NCBI GenBank assembly: GCA_963811165.1
Contig: CAWEQH010000008.1
Span: forward strand, 416,001 to 480,000
Reading direction: 5' to 3'
Length of the DNA stretch: 64,000 nt
Source of the DNA: an uncultured Nitrospiraceae bacterium
GTDB lineage: Bacteria > Nitrospirota > Thermodesulfovibrionia > Thermodesulfovibrionales > UBA6898
Position 1 is the first letter of the stretch. Every line of letters begins with the position of its first letter. The position numbers and the translations under genes were made by a program. Shown here in pieces: positions 61,139 through 64,000 of the stretch. The notes under the pieces are model-generated. The model saw only the letters and a program-made list of their open reading frames with translations. It had not been told where the DNA came from and made no database searches.

Positions 61139-61809
61139 TTCGAAAACTTCAGATAGTTTTCCCAGACTCCGAGTAATTCTTTGGTGGCCCTCAGATCTCC
61201 CGCGCAATACCTGGCGATATCAACGTGTCTTCCCGCTTGAAAGAGTTCTCCTACCTGATGGCCGGTTATGCCGTCTTCTTTGGGGCTTTTGATGCCGAAT
61301 GCCCTGCACCACATGTCCAGACTGAACTTCCTGCGGGACGCACCGAAGAAGGTGAGCTGGTCGAACAGATCGATATGGGCATCACCGTAGCGGTTCGGCA
61401 TCAGGTCCCTTTTCGGTCTGATCTTATGGACCGCAGAACGCACCATAATAAAGGGGCAGTCGAAGCCCCTGCCGTTAAAGGTGATGAATTGGTCGTAGCT
61501 TTTTACCGCGTCCCAGAACTTTACGAGGATCTCTTCTTCGGTCGCGGTCTCGTAACGGATGCCGTCCTCTTCAAAAGGCAGAAGGGGTTCGCCGGTATTC
61601 TGAAAATAGAGGGCGCCTTTGCCGCTGTCGGGATTGAGCATGCCGATGGCGATAATCTCTCCCGTAAGAGGGTAGAGAGAAAGGCTCTCTTTTACTTCCT
61701 CCTTCGCTTCTTCGGAATCCGCCCAGCGCAGCAAATAATCCTGGACAGGTCTTTCAAGGGAGTCGAAATCTCTTCCGGCCGTCTCTATATCGAATATGAC
61801 GCGGGACAT
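61129..61809 (-). CDS. RNase H-like / PolB-type 3'-5' exonuclease domain protein
   Basis: FDIET, TFNGRGFDCPF, HIDL and YCAGD (DEDDy) motifs; likely start ATG 61809. Confidence 0.85.
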   Translation of the reverse strand: MSRVIFDIETAGRDFDSLERPVQDYLLRWADSEEAKEEVKESLSLYPLTGEIIAIGMLNPDSGKGALYFQNTGEPLLPFEEDGIRYETATEEEILVKFWDAVKSYDQFITFNGRGFDCPFIMVRSAVHKIRPKRDLMPNRYGDAHIDLFDQLTFFGASRRKFSLDMWCRAFGIKSPKEDGITGHQVGELFQAGRHVDIARYCAGDLRATKELLGVWENYLKFSNHK

Positions 61810-61819
61810 TCTGCGTATG

Positions 61820-61844
61820 GTAGGGGCATGGCATGCCATGCCCC
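61820..61844 (+). repeat. GTAG-type REP (family A), intergenic
   Basis: GTAGGGGCATGGCATGCCATGCCCC. Confidence 0.8.
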
Positions 61845-61852
61845 GGAGTTAT

Positions 61853-63148
61853 TTACTGCTGTTCCTTTTCGGTACTTTTGAATACCTTCCAGGTCTTTAA
61901 GATGTCCACCGCACGCTGGAGCTGGATATCGTCTTTTTCATCCACCTCCAAAGGCGCTGTCTCCACCACCTCAGGCTTCTGTTCCATCTGTTCGTTTTTT
62001 AAGTGCCTTTCGAGGTCCCTTTCCCTGAGGACCGGATGTTCCTTGGCGCCGTTCTTTGCTTCGAGCTTCAGCACGATATCAGGTGTAATGCCGGTGTTCT
62101 GGATCGAAATGCCTTTCGGGGTATAGTACTTAGCGGTGGTAAGCCTGAGACCGGCACCGTCGCTCAGGGGGATCACTGTCTGGACAGACCCCTTCCCGAA
62201 GGTCTGCGTGCCAAGGATAACGGCACGGTTCCAGTCCTTAAGCGCTCCTGCGACTATTTCGGATGCGCTTGCGCTTCCCTGGTTGACAAGCACGATCATC
62301 GGCGCAGTGAAGTTTGTATCGCCCTCGGTCATGAACTCGGACTTTTCGCCGGACCTCGTCTTTGTATATACGACTAGCTTGCCCTTAGGCAGAAATTTGC
62401 TCGCCACATCAATGGCGCTGGTTAAGAGGCCGCCCGGATTGTTTCTGAGATCGAGCACGAGGGAGTTCACTTTTTCCTCGTCCAATTTACTCATGGCGGC
62501 CGAAAGGTCCGAAGCCGTCTGTTCCTGGAACTGGCTGATCTTGATATACCCGATCTTGTCTTCGAGGACCTTTGATTTAACGCTCTTTATCTTGATGATT
62601 TCCCTTATCAGGGTAAAGTCCTTCGGGCCTTCCCAACCCTCACGGAGGATGCCGATGGTGACCGGCGTCTTGGGAGTGCCCCGCATCTTCGTAACCGCGT
62701 CCTCGAGGGACATGTCTTTTGTCGATTCCTTATTGATCTTTACGATCTTGTCTCCGGCCTTGATTCCCGCGCGATAGGCGGGCGTATCTTCGATCGGCGC
62801 TATTACCGTGAGGAACTTGTCCTTTTGGCCTATCTGGATACCCAGGCCGCCGAACTCGCCCTTTGTCTCTACCTGCATTTCCTTATACGCATCAGGAGGC
62901 ATGAAGCTCGAATGCGGATCGAGAGAACTCAGCATGCCCTTTATCGCGCCGTATATGAGGTCCTTGGTCTTTACCTCCTCGACATAATATTTCTTTACCA
63001 TAGACAGGACTTCGGTAAAGGTCTTGAGTTCTTCGTACCCTTCGCCGGCCGCGCTTACGCTGGTTACAGACAACCTCCCGATCGAGACGCTGACCGCCGC
63101 AACCAGGATAAGCAGCATCAAGATCAACGCTGTTTTTTTGCCTTTCAT
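61853..63148 (-). CDS. ctpA: Carboxyl-terminal processing protease (S41)
   Basis: LDPHS, PDZ GLGI, DLRNNPGG, SASASEI and FGKGSVQ motifs. Confidence 0.93.
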   Translation of the reverse strand: MKGKKTALILMLLILVAAVSVSIGRLSVTSVSAAGEGYEELKTFTEVLSMVKKYYVEEVKTKDLIYGAIKGMLSSLDPHSSFMPPDAYKEMQVETKGEFGGLGIQIGQKDKFLTVIAPIEDTPAYRAGIKAGDKIVKINKESTKDMSLEDAVTKMRGTPKTPVTIGILREGWEGPKDFTLIREIIKIKSVKSKVLEDKIGYIKISQFQEQTASDLSAAMSKLDEEKVNSLVLDLRNNPGGLLTSAIDVASKFLPKGKLVVYTKTRSGEKSEFMTEGDTNFTAPMIVLVNQGSASASEIVAGALKDWNRAVILGTQTFGKGSVQTVIPLSDGAGLRLTTAKYYTPKGISIQNTGITPDIVLKLEAKNGAKEHPVLRERDLERHLKNEQMEQKPEVVETAPLEVDEKDDIQLQRAVDILKTWKVFKSTEKEQQ

Positions 63149-63165
63149 CTAACTGACCTCCTGAA

Positions 63166-64000
63166 TTATCCTCTTCTTGGTTTCAACCACTGTGCCGGAT
63201 CGAGGGGTTTGCCTTTATATCTGATTTCGAAGTAAAGACCCGGGGCATTCAATATGCCCGATGTCCCGACTTTTCCTATCACCTGGTTTTCCCTTATTAT
63301 ATCTCCAACATGAGAAAAAATCTCCGAAAGATTTCCGTACAGGGTATGATAGCCGTTGCCGTGGTTGATAATGACGAGCTGCCCGAAGCCCTTGAACCAC
63401 TCGGCAAATATCACCTTCCCTTCATAGACGGACTTTGCATCCGAATTCTCCGGGGTCTTGATATGTACGCCGTTTCTGAACACAGGGGTGGAGAACTGAG
63501 GGTCCCTTTGCGTGCCGTAGGGGACAGCGATCCTGCCCTCGACGGGCCATGGAAGTTTTCCCTTCAGCCGTGTGAGACCGGCTCCGGCGCCTGTGTAGGT
63601 ATCTGTTCTTGACGACTTCTCGATCAGGTCCAGGAGCCTTTTCGATGCCTCTTTAAGTTCTGCCAGCATTTTCTGGCGAGACGCCTTTTCCTTTCTCACG
63701 GAAGAGAGGATCGACACCTTTGACTCTTTCTGCTCGGCAAGCTCCTGTTCCTTGGTTTTGACCTGGTCGGCGCCGGCCTTGAGTTCTGCCCTTAAGACCG
63801 TGAGTCTCTCAAATTTTTCGTTGAATTTTTTCAGGGTTTCACGGTAATCGCCCAGGACCCCGTGTTCATAGACCGTAATGCGTTCGAGATATTTCCATAT
63901 CCTCATCATCTGGGAAATATCGCCTGCGCTCATAAGGAGCACGAACATGTCCCCCGAGTAGCCGAATTTATGCATGACCATCAATTTTCTCTTAAGCCAT
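63166..64000 (-). CDS. envC: EnvC-like murein hydrolase activator (coiled coil plus degenerate M23); 5' end outside the window
   Basis: KGKLPWPVEG, YHTLYGNL and LYFEIR..GKPLDP; upstream of ctpA as is usual. Confidence 0.85.
   Translation of the reverse strand, partial: WLKRKLMVMHKFGYSGDMFVLLMSAGDISQMMRIWKYLERITVYEHGVLGDYRETLKKFNEKFERLTVLRAELKAGADQVKTKEQELAEQKESKVSILSSVRKEKASRQKMLAELKEASKRLLDLIEKSSRTDTYTGAGAGLTRLKGKLPWPVEGRIAVPYGTQRDPQFSTPVFRNGVHIKTPENSDAKSVYEGKVIFAEWFKGFGQLVIINHGNGYHTLYGNLSEIFSHVGDIIRENQVIGKVGTSGILNAPGLYFEIRYKGKPLDPAQWLKPRRG

Overview
A 64 kb, mostly core-genome window from a GC-moderate, Gram-negative bacterium. Gene style suggests Nitrospirota/Thermodesulfovibrionia or a Desulfobacterota-like lineage; this is inference. 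In order it holds: a giant (>2350 aa) minus-strand DUF11-repeat/C25 (gingipain-like) peptidase that the ORF track omits, OmpA, an FG-GAP lipoprotein, an unannotated UGA-containing (UxxC) glutaredoxin-like selenoprotein gene overlapping the start of copA, larC, a DUF6600/FecR-type protein, a CxxCH-CopD-cytochrome b5 fusion, a DHH-CBS tRNA nucleotidyltransferase, a GGDEF cyclase, DUF3842-CooT, and tRNA-Sec. tRNA-Sec is followed by a decayed ~2.2 kb island bounded by a degenerate copy of the tRNA 3' end; it carries an orphan antitoxin and a c-di-GMP-I-like riboswitch. Then come dinG, cobA-hemD, a PAP2-ArnT/GT2 envelope-modification cassette, bioA, a sigma54-preceded pilY1-fimU-pilV-pilW-pilX cluster, dnaE, accA, uvrC, ctpA and envC. 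Several families of short palindromic repeats are dispersed through the window, some in frame inside housekeeping genes. Positions ~44200-55620 are full of frameshifts, including in dnaE and accA, most likely sequencing or assembly error. No CRISPR array, cas genes, integrase or transposase were seen.
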